Of a stretch of 64,000 bases of DNA, positions 27,945 through 37,283 are shown piece after piece. A program made the translations under genes and the position numbers. The DNA lies in contig JANRLL010000016.1 in assembly GCA_033762715.1 (NCBI GenBank), positions 26,029 through 90,028 on the forward strand. Reading direction: 5' to 3'. The DNA comes from Rickettsiales bacterium (lineage in GTDB: Bacteria; Pseudomonadota; Alphaproteobacteria; Rickettsiales; SXRF01). Each line of letters opens with the position of its first letter. Positions within the stretch are counted from its first letter, which is position 1. The notes under the pieces are model-generated. The model had not been told where the DNA came from, ran no database searches, and was given only the letters and a program-made list of their open reading frames with translations.

Positions 27945-30617
27945 TTATTTAGCCGGAGCCGCGGCTTTGCCAGCTTCAACTGCTTTTTTCACATCATTGC
28001 TGAGGAATAATGCAATATTGTCTACGGTGAATTCATCACTATTGCGATCTACCGTGGTGCGACGAGTCGTTTTTGTATTCTCATCATTAATATATTGCGC
28101 AAGGGTTGCAATATCCTTGCCCTGATCATTAGGTGTGGGCAATTTCACGTTATAGGTATCTTTTACAGAGCCATCCGGATTGAGCGTTGCGACCTGTGCG
28201 GATTCAATGATTCCGCCTTTTACGGTAGCAAGAATAAACTGACCTTCCGGTACCGCTCCACCGCTATTTTGATGGGTATAAAGCACCTGGCCATCTTTTG
28301 TACTAGCGTCACCTAATTGAGGAGCGTTATTTACAGTTGGGTCGCTAATTGTTACACCTGCAGCTGTAACGGCATTACGAATGCTAGCTAATTCAGCACT
28401 AGTAATGACACCATCTTCACGAGCACGGCGTAATTCTTCCACCGGATTGATAGGGGTCGTAGCACCAGGTGCTGATGCGTCACGAGGAGCGCCAGTGCGT
28501 TCTTCCACAGTAGCAATAGGAACGGTTGCAGGAGCAGCATCACCAGGGGCAGTGTGGCCAGCGGCCGCACGAGCTTCCTGACGGGTTAATAGATCTGAGC
28601 GTAATGTTGCGGTTGGATCAACCAACTCTACCAAGCGCATGGTTCTATCTTTATCTTCGGTATCAAAGCCACGTTCATCAAGTCTCGCGCGAATATCTCG
28701 CATTCTTTGTACTTGGCTAGCGGCAGGTTTTGCTCCGTCAGCATAATAGTAATCCGAAACAATCCTAGCCACATCGCGAGCTTTGCCTTCTTGATTGTAT
28801 GTGGCCGCTCTTTCAGGCTCATCTTGTGCAATCAATTTTCTGACCTCTACAGCTAGGAAGTTTTCCGTATTAGTTTTGACTTCTGAACGCGTTTTTCCGT
28901 CTGTAGCAGAGCCAATGACTGCTTCATATGCGCGGTGTGTTTCAGCTTGTGCATTTCTTATCTGATTTTCTCTAGTCGTGGAGCTCTCCCTCGAAGCCGT
29001 AATCACGTTTCTAGCTGTTTGTTCTTTCACCTCTTTGATTTGTCCAGCTGGCAGCGTAATTTCGCCAGCAGCATTGGGGTTGCCAATTATAAAGGGCTCG
29101 AATCGTGAAGGAATTGCATCGCCAGTCAGCGCCGAGCCTACTTTATGGCCACTCATATCTGTGAGGCCAGCTTCCTTTAAGGTAATGGTACCATCGGCAC
29201 CTCGCGTACCATAAGCAATTACGTCATATTCAGTTCTACGCCCACCGACTTCTACCGCTTGTCTTCCAAGATTAACGGCTACCTTGCCATCACCTAATTC
29301 CGTAACGCTCAACTTAACTTCTCTCGTATATTCCGTTTGCAGTTTTTGCGCTTCGGTGGTTGCATTATTAATCTCTGGCGTATTGAAGTTCCATTCGCGG
29401 CGACCGCCTGTTTCAATACCTAATCTAGCGATAGGGCCTGTCGTAGGTTTATAGGCAGGTGCAAAGCTTTTACCATCTTCGGTGATAGGAAGTGCCACTG
29501 AGTCGATCACCAACTCATTATGCTCGATATGGCCGGTCAAACGTTTGGTAATTTTGCCATGATCGTCGGTGACGTCAATAGTCAGTGTGCGATGATCGGT
29601 GGTCAGCGCTTGACCATTTTTATCTTTACCCGTCATATCTAACATACCTTTTTTAGCGACCACATCGGCTTGCGATGCTTGTGCGGGAGCCGTATCGACG
29701 CTAAGGGCAGGTGCTGGGCCAGGGCCGGCTACCGATTGCGATACACCTTGTCCTTGTGCAGGAGCTTGATCGCTTTTGCCACCAAAAAAGCTAGAGAGAG
29801 CATCGCCGCCACCCAACACACTCACGGCTGCGAAGGCAAGCAATGCAACAAAGATCGCGCCAATGATGGCACCCAAGCCGCCACCGCCCATGAAGGCAGC
29901 TGCTAAACCAGCCAGTGCGGCAACACCAAGTGCTACCTTATCGGCATCGATACCAAAAATTTTTCCATCATTACCACCTGTTGCTGGCGTTGCTGTCGTA
30001 GGAGGCACATCAAGGCCCATGGCTTTACGACCGGCATTTACCGTATCGCTAACCCAGCTTTTGCCATTTTCTGCCAGCGCACCCCATTTTTCTTTAGCAG
30101 CGGTATATAATTCGCCACTTTTCGCACTCACATAGGCGCCAAAATCTTGTACGGCTTCGCCTGGTTTTACATTTTTGGCATAGTTGACATATTCATCGAC
30201 AACGGCTTTATCGAATCCATAACCCACTAGGCCTTCTGCAACGGAATCAAAGAAAGATCTTTGTGGAGCCGTGCCTTGGCCGGCTGTTTGTGCGGGCTCA
30301 TTTTTACCATCCACAAATTTATAGGCCACTGAAGTAGGTGCAGCACCATCTTTACCCGGAATGGTGATGGCGATATCTTCTTTGTTGCCATCTTTGGCAA
30401 TATTAATCTTGCCGCCTTTACCAAAGAAACCGCTATCCAAAGCAGCGGCTACAAGCCCTGCTGGACTTGTAGCGTTGATCCATTCTTCCAAATTTTTTTG
30501 ATTGCCGGGTGATGATTTCTCGACCTCAGCATAAAATGCTTTCTTCTGATCTTCTGATGCTGACCGCAACCATGCGTGCAGTTCGGTTGCGTTTTTGATT
30601 TCTTTTGTCTCAGCCAT
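27945..30617 (-). CDS. Large hypothetical protein with central Gly-rich hydrophobic hairpin
   Basis: 890-aa ORF, AGGA-like SD upstream, lower GC than neighbours by eye, no recognisable domain. Confidence 0.75.
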   Translation of the reverse strand: MAETKEIKNATELHAWLRSASEDQKKAFYAEVEKSSPGNQKNLEEWINATSPAGLVAAALDSGFFGKGGKINIAKDGNKEDIAITIPGKDGAAPTSVAYKFVDGKNEPAQTAGQGTAPQRSFFDSVAEGLVGYGFDKAVVDEYVNYAKNVKPGEAVQDFGAYVSAKSGELYTAAKEKWGALAENGKSWVSDTVNAGRKAMGLDVPPTTATPATGGNDGKIFGIDADKVALGVAALAGLAAAFMGGGGLGAIIGAIFVALLAFAAVSVLGGGDALSSFFGGKSDQAPAQGQGVSQSVAGPGPAPALSVDTAPAQASQADVVAKKGMLDMTGKDKNGQALTTDHRTLTIDVTDDHGKITKRLTGHIEHNELVIDSVALPITEDGKSFAPAYKPTTGPIARLGIETGGRREWNFNTPEINNATTEAQKLQTEYTREVKLSVTELGDGKVAVNLGRQAVEVGGRRTEYDVIAYGTRGADGTITLKEAGLTDMSGHKVGSALTGDAIPSRFEPFIIGNPNAAGEITLPAGQIKEVKEQTARNVITASRESSTTRENQIRNAQAETHRAYEAVIGSATDGKTRSEVKTNTENFLAVEVRKLIAQDEPERAATYNQEGKARDVARIVSDYYYADGAKPAASQVQRMRDIRARLDERGFDTEDKDRTMRLVELVDPTATLRSDLLTRQEARAAAGHTAPGDAAPATVPIATVEERTGAPRDASAPGATTPINPVEELRRAREDGVITSAELASIRNAVTAAGVTISDPTVNNAPQLGDASTKDGQVLYTHQNSGGAVPEGQFILATVKGGIIESAQVATLNPDGSVKDTYNVKLPTPNDQGKDIATLAQYINDENTKTTRRTTVDRNSDEFTVDNIALFLSNDVKKAVEAGKAAAPAK

Positions 30618-30890
30618 AACTCAATCCTTCCAGGACGTCGTAAAAGATAATTTTTCACTTAAGCCCATTATTCCACATCTAGGCAAATCTTTAAGTGAAG
30701 CTTTTATTACATGTCGCTTAACAATGGTTTATTAGTACTACAGAATTGTTACAATTGTATTGAAGGAGTGTAACCTGTTCATTAACAAATGTAAAATTTT
30801 GCTTTTTGCCTAAGTCCGTGACTTATCCGCCACTCAGCGGCCTCGCAGGCCACCGCAATCAAAATAAATTATTATTTATCAATCGATTGA

Positions 30891-31790
30891 CTATCGGGCT
30901 TGGGTAGTGCCACGTGGTAGAATGGCTTGGCCGGCCGGAAGATTAATGTTGGTGGCGTCACCCGCAGCTGGCTTAATTTCAATATTATCAGCGAGCGTGG
31001 GGGCATTATCGGTAACGGTTATGGTGCCTTTATTGGCAAAAAATGCGGCATCTTGCTGCGGAATTTGAGCTTGTAGCGTGGAATCCAGCCCATTGCGCCA
31101 ACGGTCAAACTCTTCGGCATTCTCAAAGCGCTTGGTTGTGGGGCCTTCGCTTTTTTCCTGTGCTTGGGCCACGCTCGCGCCAGCCAGCGATACACCCGCG
31201 GCTTTACCTGTTTCTGGCCCTGAGGACCTGGCTTTTTTTACACCGTCAGAGATAACACCAGAAATTTTATTACCGGCCCAGGCGCTTGCAAGTGTCATGG
31301 TCACAACGGCGATAATGCCCAGTAAATTGCCGCCCATCGCCGATTCGCCGGCGAATTTCCAGGCCATGAAGCCGCCCACCAGCGCGCCGATAATACCGCC
31401 AATTTGAATTCCGCCGCCATCTGGGTTGTAAAATTGCCCGATGGTTTTATCCAGAATGCCTGGTGGACGCAGCTCTTGCTGCAAGGCTTTCCAGGCGTCT
31501 CTGCCTTTTTCCGTGCCCTTGAATTTTTGAAAAATACGCACATTGGCCGCATGAATCATCGGGCCTGCTTCAGGGCCTAAATGACGCGGATCATTATGAA
31601 AGGCGATATCTTCTTTGGTGGTTTCTGCCGCAATTGCCCGAATTTCTCCGGCAAGCTCAGGATGTTTTTGGGTTGCACGTTCTACGGCGTCGCGCAGTTG
31701 GTTCTGGCGGCTTTGAAACAGGCGACGTTCGTTTTCAGGGTCAACCGGCCCGTATTTCACGTGTCGCACCGGTCTATGCAGATAGGCCAT
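30891..31790 (-). CDS. Hypothetical protein with glycine-zipper hydrophobic hairpin
   Basis: 299-aa ORF containing GGIIGALVGGFMAWKFAG...GGNLLGIIAVVTMTLASAWAG. Confidence 0.7.
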   Translation of the reverse strand: MAYLHRPVRHVKYGPVDPENERRLFQSRQNQLRDAVERATQKHPELAGEIRAIAAETTKEDIAFHNDPRHLGPEAGPMIHAANVRIFQKFKGTEKGRDAWKALQQELRPPGILDKTIGQFYNPDGGGIQIGGIIGALVGGFMAWKFAGESAMGGNLLGIIAVVTMTLASAWAGNKISGVISDGVKKARSSGPETGKAAGVSLAGASVAQAQEKSEGPTTKRFENAEEFDRWRNGLDSTLQAQIPQQDAAFFANKGTITVTDNAPTLADNIEIKPAAGDATNINLPAGQAILPRGTTQAR

Positions 31791-31852
31791 AATCCGTCAC
31801 AAATAGATTTATCACTGTTTACAGACTAGTATACATGCCGCACCAGTCCAAG

Positions 31853-32401
31853 TTAAGCTTTTGTGACATGCGGTTTTTCGAATGTTGCAGGGCGATGGCG
31901 CAGCACAAAGCATTCCCATGGATTTCGGGTAATATGATGAATAAATTCAAAGCCTAAGGCGGTAAAGGCTTGTTCGATTTCCGCCGCGCGCCAGGTGAGA
32001 ATGCCAGAGAAAATGCAAAACCCATCGGCTTTCAGGTGTTTTTGGATGGTTTTAGCCATGCTTAGCAGGGTATCAGCCAGCAAATTACACATAATTAAAT
32101 CGTATGGCGCTGCTTTACCCACATTTGGGTTGTAAAATCCATCGCTATGCAGCGCTTGCACGCGGCCTTCCAGGGCATATTCGGCAATGGTGGCTTGCGT
32201 ATCCTGTACGGCTTTGGGTGCAATATCGACAGCCAGCACCTGCGCATCCCAAATGGCAGCCGCCGTTACGCTTAAAATACCATTGCCACAGCCCATATCG
32301 AGAATCTGGCTAAAAGCCTGCTGTGCATGCAGCCATTGCATCGCCTCCAGACACGCTTCGGTGGAGGGATGAAGGTTTTGAGTATTAATTGCGATATCCA
32401 T
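31853..32401 (-). CDS. PrmA-like SAM-dependent methyltransferase (catalytic domain only)
   Basis: ILDMGCGNGIL, AVDI, YDLIMCNLLA and IFSGIL motifs. 182 aa with an in-frame stop 6 codons upstream. Confidence 0.8.
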   Translation of the reverse strand: MDIAINTQNLHPSTEACLEAMQWLHAQQAFSQILDMGCGNGILSVTAAAIWDAQVLAVDIAPKAVQDTQATIAEYALEGRVQALHSDGFYNPNVGKAAPYDLIMCNLLADTLLSMAKTIQKHLKADGFCIFSGILTWRAAEIEQAFTALGFEFIHHITRNPWECFVLRHRPATFEKPHVTKA

Positions 32402-32494
32402 GGTTAAAACGTTAATTTATATCGTATAAACATAATTTTAATCATTAGGGGACTAGAATTATTCTTCTACAGGTTATTTAGCACAAATTCATCC

Positions 32495-32875
32495 ATGAAA
32501 AAACGTATCTTAATCGTCGAAGATAATGAGCTTAATTTAAAGCTGTTTCGTGATTTGCTCACGGCGCATGGGTATGAAACCATGGAGACCAAAGAGGGCT
32601 TTGAAGCGATTGCGATTACGCGCAAAGAAAAACCTGATTTAATTTTGATGGATATTCAGTTGCCTGAAATATCCGGTATCGATGTAACGCGCAAACTCAA
32701 GTCTGATGCGGCTACCAGCAGTATCCCCATCATTGCGGTGACGGCGTTTGCAATGAAAGACGATGAAGAAAAAATTCTCTCGGCTGGATGTCAGGCCTAT
32801 TTATCCAAGCCGATTTCGATCGTTCCCTTTTTGAATACAGTCCGCCGCTTTTTAGGCGAAGAGGAGATGGTGTAA
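32495..32875 (+). CDS. divK: Single-domain response regulator DivK
   Basis: IVEDNELNLKLF.DLL, LMDIQLPEISG, AVTAFAMKDDEE and YLSKPIS motifs, directly upstream of pleD. Confidence 0.95.
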   Translation: MKKRILIVEDNELNLKLFRDLLTAHGYETMETKEGFEAIAITRKEKPDLILMDIQLPEISGIDVTRKLKSDAATSSIPIIAVTAFAMKDDEEKILSAGCQAYLSKPISIVPFLNTVRRFLGEEEMV

Positions 32876-34270
32876 ATGACGGCACAAATTTTAGTGGTGG
32901 ATGACGTGCCAGCCAATATCAAGCTGCTGGAGGCGAAACTCGCCAGCGAATATTATGACGTGATTACAGCAAAAGATGGCTTTGAAGCTATTGAGAAAAC
33001 TAAAGAGAATAAACCCGATCTGATTTTGCTCGACGTGATGATGCCCGGCATGGATGGGTTTGAAACATGCCGAAAACTCAAGGAAAATGTCGACGTATCG
33101 CATATTCCGGTGGTGATGGTCACTGCCTTGTCCGAAAAATCGGACCGCCTCAAGGGTCTGGAATCCGGCGCCGATGACTTTATCACCAAGCCGATTAACG
33201 ACACGGCGCTTTTTGCGCGCGTGCGTTCGCTGGTGCGTATTAAAACGCTGCTCGATGAATTACGCCTGCGTGACAAAACCAGTTTGCAGATGGGTATTCA
33301 AACCGAAGAGAGCAACCAGTTCATCTCCGATGTGGCCGGTGCACATGTAATATTAGTTGATGACGATACGGTGCAGGGTAAACAGATTGTCGCCAAGCTG
33401 AGCGAGACTTATAAGGTGGAGTGGGTGCAAGATCCCGAGCAGGCGGTCAACACGGTGCTTGCTTGTGAATCGCTCGATGCGATTATGATCAGCACGTTGC
33501 TGACCGATACGGATGGGCTGCGGTTATCGTCGCAAATTAAAAGCCACGAAGAAGTGCGCAACGTGCCATTGTTGGTGTTTGTCGATGAAGACGATCAGCG
33601 CACGATGCTCAAAGCGCTCGAGATGGGTATCAATGATTACCTCACGGTGCCGGTCGATAAAAACGAAATGACCGCGCGGCTGCGCACGCAAATTCGCCGC
33701 AAGCGTTATCAAGAAGCGTTGAAATCGCAATACCAGCAAAGCATCTCGATGGCGGTCACTGATGGTTTAACCGGCCTTTACAATCGCCATTACCTCAATA
33801 CCCACTTAGAGAACATGGTGAAACAAGCGGTAAAGAACGGCAAAAATTTAGGCTTGATGATCATGGATATGGATCATTTCAAAAGCGTCAACGATACCTA
33901 TGGTCACGATGTGGGTGACCAGGTGCTCAAACAGTTGGCTGAAATTATTATCAAGATGTCGCGCTCAACCGATTTAGCCGCGCGTTTTGGCGGTGAGGAG
34001 TTTGTGATCCTCATGCCGGAAGCCGATCCGCAATCAGCGCTTAATGCGGCAAACCGCATGCGCGAAATGGTTGAATCCACGCCGTTTAAAATTAGCTCTG
34101 AACCGCATGAGTTGAAAAAAACCATCTCGATTGGGGTGTCGAATATTCACTCTGAAGGCGACAGTGCCGAAGCCTTGCTCAAACGCGCCGACGAAGCGCT
34201 GTATTCCGCGAAGAAAAGCGGCCGCAATCAGGTGAAGACGTCTGCCAAGTTAGTGCCCAGCGGCTGGTAG
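32876..34270 (+). CDS. pleD: PleD diguanylate cyclase response regulator
   Basis: REC-REC'-GGDEF architecture, MTAQILVVDD, RSTD I-site (RxxD) and RFGGEEF. Confidence 0.95.
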   Translation: MTAQILVVDDVPANIKLLEAKLASEYYDVITAKDGFEAIEKTKENKPDLILLDVMMPGMDGFETCRKLKENVDVSHIPVVMVTALSEKSDRLKGLESGADDFITKPINDTALFARVRSLVRIKTLLDELRLRDKTSLQMGIQTEESNQFISDVAGAHVILVDDDTVQGKQIVAKLSETYKVEWVQDPEQAVNTVLACESLDAIMISTLLTDTDGLRLSSQIKSHEEVRNVPLLVFVDEDDQRTMLKALEMGINDYLTVPVDKNEMTARLRTQIRRKRYQEALKSQYQQSISMAVTDGLTGLYNRHYLNTHLENMVKQAVKNGKNLGLMIMDMDHFKSVNDTYGHDVGDQVLKQLAEIIIKMSRSTDLAARFGGEEFVILMPEADPQSALNAANRMREMVESTPFKISSEPHELKKTISIGVSNIHSEGDSAEALLKRADEALYSAKKSGRNQVKTSAKLVPSGW

Positions 34271-34597
34271 TTAGACCGTATCATTCGGATTGCGAAATAG
34301 ATCCGGAAAAAATTGGCTGAGTTTTCTTTTTCCCACATATAAGAGGATAGAAAGCAATATAGTAAATCCTATGGCAAATACCCATATCGGTTCACGCACC
34401 TGCGGTACAAAAAAACCGACCATAAAAAGCGCCGCCGGAATAATATATACGTAGCGCAGCCCGCGCCAGATCTGACGAATTTTTGCTTTGAAAGTGTATT
34501 CATCAACCGGTTTCCCATTGATGCGATAGCCGCTGATTTTCTTTGATGTGGGGGTGGATATGCTATCATTCGAAAGAGTATTATTTTCTTTATTCAT
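34271..34597 (-). CDS. Small hypothetical membrane protein (2 TM)
   Basis: 108-aa ORF with two hydrophobic segments. Confidence 0.55.
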   Translation of the reverse strand: MNKENNTLSNDSISTPTSKKISGYRINGKPVDEYTFKAKIRQIWRGLRYVYIIPAALFMVGFFVPQVREPIWVFAIGFTILLSILLYVGKRKLSQFFPDLFRNPNDTV

Positions 34598-34605
34598 TGT
34601 GTCTC

Positions 34606-35391
34606 CTATAGATCAAAAACGCCAATGACCGGCGTATGATCGGACGGTTTTTCCAGCGCGCGCAATTCTTTATGCACGCGGCAATCACGCAATTTTTCCA
34701 GCGCTTTGGTCGATAGCAACAGATGATCGATGCGCAGTCCGTCATCGCGGTGATAAGCGCCGGCGCGATAATCCCACCAGCTATAGCCCCCGTCTTTTGG
34801 TTGAATGGCGCGATACGCATCATGCAGCCCGAGATGAATCATGCGCCGCCAACTGGTGCGCACCAGATCATGGGTGAGTACGCTGCCATGCCACTGGATG
34901 GGGTCGTGCACATCGATATCTTCAGGGGCGATATTATAATCGCCACCAATCACCATCGCTTCATCATAGGTCAGCAGATTTTTAAGATGTGTTTTTAACC
35001 GCTCAAGAAAAGCGAGCTTATATTGAAATTTATCAGAGTCTGCGGTCTGACCATTGGGCACATAAACCGATGCCACTCTGATTACCCCGGAAGGAATTTC
35101 TGCTACCGCCTCAATATAACGTGCCTGCAGATCAGCATCATCGCCTGCAAGGCCACGGTGAATATCCGATAAGCGGAATTTAGAGAGAATGGCCACGCCG
35201 TTATAGGTTTTCTGGCCATGGGTTGCGATATTATAGCCCAGCTCCTCAATCTCGGTGCAGGGAAACGCATCATCGATACATTTGAGTTCTTGCAGCAGCA
35301 CAATATCGGGTGATTCCGCGCGCAACCATTGCAACAGATGCGGCACACGCACTTTGATCGAGTTTACATTCCAGGTGGCAATGGAGATCAT
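34606..35391 (-). CDS. xth: Exodeoxyribonuclease III
   Basis: ATWNVNSI, LQELK, GGDYNIAP, YSWWDYR, RIDH and SDHTP motifs. Confidence 0.96.
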   Translation of the reverse strand: MISIATWNVNSIKVRVPHLLQWLRAESPDIVLLQELKCIDDAFPCTEIEELGYNIATHGQKTYNGVAILSKFRLSDIHRGLAGDDADLQARYIEAVAEIPSGVIRVASVYVPNGQTADSDKFQYKLAFLERLKTHLKNLLTYDEAMVIGGDYNIAPEDIDVHDPIQWHGSVLTHDLVRTSWRRMIHLGLHDAYRAIQPKDGGYSWWDYRAGAYHRDDGLRIDHLLLSTKALEKLRDCRVHKELRALEKPSDHTPVIGVFDL

Positions 35392-35425
35392 TATAGAGGC
35401 AATCTCCGGTATACGCTCTTACGCT

Positions 35426-35806
35426 TCACAGTGAGACGGAGAATGAGTTGCCGCAGCCACATTTGGCGGTGGCGTTGGGGTTTTTGATAGAAAAACCGGC
35501 TTGCGCTAAATCTTCCGTATAGTCTAACACCGATCCTTTGAGCAGGTCGATCGACACATCATCAATCACCACTTCAGCGCCGGCATGGCTTACAATCGTA
35601 TCGTTATTGCCAACGATGCCGTCATCCATGTTAAATTCATACTGAAAACCTGAGCAACCGCCGCCTTTGACCGTGACGCGAAAGCGTAGGTCAGGCTTAC
35701 TCTCCGATTGACGGATTTGCACAATGCGTGCGGCTGCGGCATCCGTCAGTGAAAACGGCGTCTGGGGCGGGGCTGAAGTAGGGGGCTGCGTGCTAATATT
35801 TTCCAT
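35426..35806 (-). CDS. erpA: A-type Fe-S cluster carrier (ErpA/IscA family)
   Basis: GGGCSGFQY and NPNATAKCGCGNSFS motifs. Start adjusted to MENIST at 35806. Confidence 0.88.
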   Translation of the reverse strand: MENISTQPPTSAPPQTPFSLTDAAAARIVQIRQSESKPDLRFRVTVKGGGCSGFQYEFNMDDGIVGNNDTIVSHAGAEVVIDDVSIDLLKGSVLDYTEDLAQAGFSIKNPNATAKCGCGNSFSVSL

Positions 35807-35906
35807 AGGTAAAATATGGGGTATTTTCTTAGTTTTTGCAAGAGGTTGGGGAAATATGCTGAATGTGGTTGTGTTTTGAAACACTTAGCGTTATTCATGT
35901 CCACCC

Positions 35907-37274
35907 ATGACCACAGCAAATGTAAAAAATATAACGCTGGCTTCCTATGCTTGCAAACCCGAGACAAGCAGGGGCCGCCTATATCCGGAAGCAGAAAGCA
36001 ACACGCGTTCTGCCTACCAACGCGATCGCGATCGTATTATCCATTCAACGGCCTTTCGCCGCCTGGAATATAAGACGCAAGTCTTCGTCAATCACGAGGG
36101 CGATCATTACCGAAACCGCCTGACTCACAGCTTGGAAGTGTCGCAATTGGCACGCTCCACCTGCCGCGCTTTGGGCCTCAATGAAGATTTGGCCGAAGCC
36201 TTGGCGCTCGCGCATGATCTGGGCCATACGCCTTTTGGTCATGCCGGTGAAGATGCGCTGAGCGAAGTGATGGAAGCATTTGGTGGCTTTGACCATAATG
36301 CTCATACGCTGCGTATTCTAACCAGCCTCGAACATCGCTACGCCGAATTTGACGGCTTGAACCTGACCTGGGAAACGCTGGAAGGCGTGGCAAAGCATAA
36401 CGGTCCGCTGATTCGTCCGAATGCGAGCCCGATTCTAAAAATGTGGAAAAATTTCACCGGCAATTTGAAATCAGCCGGTAAAAACGCCACGGCAGAAGAT
36501 ATCCATGGCGGCCCACCATCCGCGCGCGGTGAAGTGCGCATTGGTGTTGCGCGTAAAACCGCATCGCAAGCCCGTGTCGCAAGTGCAGCAAGCCCGGGTT
36601 TGCCACGTGCGATTGCTGAATATAATGCTAAGCACGATTTAGAGCTCGACACCTATGCGAGCGGCGAGGCGCAAGTGGCATCACTATGCGATGATATTGC
36701 CTATAACAACCACGATATCGATGATGGTCTGCGTGCCGGCTTATTCACCTTGGAACAGCTGGAGCAAATCGATGCGGTGTCGCGCATTCTAAATGATGTG
36801 CGTCGTGCGTATCCGCATATTGATCAGCAGCGCCTGATTCATGAAATGACCCGTCGCATCATCAACCGCATGGTCACCGATTTGATCGAGCAAAGCACCA
36901 AGAACATCAAAAATTTCAACATCGAAAAGCCGGAAGATATCCGCAAGCTGAATAAGCCATTGATTGAGTTCTCGCCCGAAATGCAGGAAGTGAATCTACA
37001 GCTCAAAGAATTTTTGATGATCAATATGTATCGTCATTATAAGGTCAACCGCATGGCTAGCAAAGCGCGCCGTGTGGTGAAAGACTTGTTCAATTTCTAT
37101 ATTTCTGAACCTAACTGCTTGCCAAACGGCTGGCGTGAGTTAGCAGGTGGTGTGAAAACCGCAAAAACGGGCATGGTGGTGGCTGATTTTATTGCCGGCA
37201 TGACCGATCGCTTTGCGCTTGATGAGCATCAGCGCATTTTCGATGTGCGCGCACGAAGCTGGATTGATAAATAG
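35907..37274 (+). CDS. dgt: Deoxyguanosinetriphosphate triphosphohydrolase (dGTPase)
   Basis: RDRDRIIHS.AFRRL..KTQVF, RLTHSLEV, AHDLGHTPFGH and DFIAGMTDRFA motifs. Carries an internal insertion. Confidence 0.95.
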   Translation: MTTANVKNITLASYACKPETSRGRLYPEAESNTRSAYQRDRDRIIHSTAFRRLEYKTQVFVNHEGDHYRNRLTHSLEVSQLARSTCRALGLNEDLAEALALAHDLGHTPFGHAGEDALSEVMEAFGGFDHNAHTLRILTSLEHRYAEFDGLNLTWETLEGVAKHNGPLIRPNASPILKMWKNFTGNLKSAGKNATAEDIHGGPPSARGEVRIGVARKTASQARVASAASPGLPRAIAEYNAKHDLELDTYASGEAQVASLCDDIAYNNHDIDDGLRAGLFTLEQLEQIDAVSRILNDVRRAYPHIDQQRLIHEMTRRIINRMVTDLIEQSTKNIKNFNIEKPEDIRKLNKPLIEFSPEMQEVNLQLKEFLMINMYRHYKVNRMASKARRVVKDLFNFYISEPNCLPNGWRELAGGVKTAKTGMVVADFIAGMTDRFALDEHQRIFDVRARSWIDK

Positions 37275-37283
37275 TTTTGCCAC

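Noticed and set aside
31752-31767. parS-like TATTTCACGTGTCGCA
   Set aside because: Only about 12/16 match, one arm is broken, it is a single copy and it is inside a CDS.
32402-32494. CtrA box upstream of divK
   Set aside because: TTAA half-sites are present, but there is no convincing N7-spaced pair and the region is simply AT-rich.
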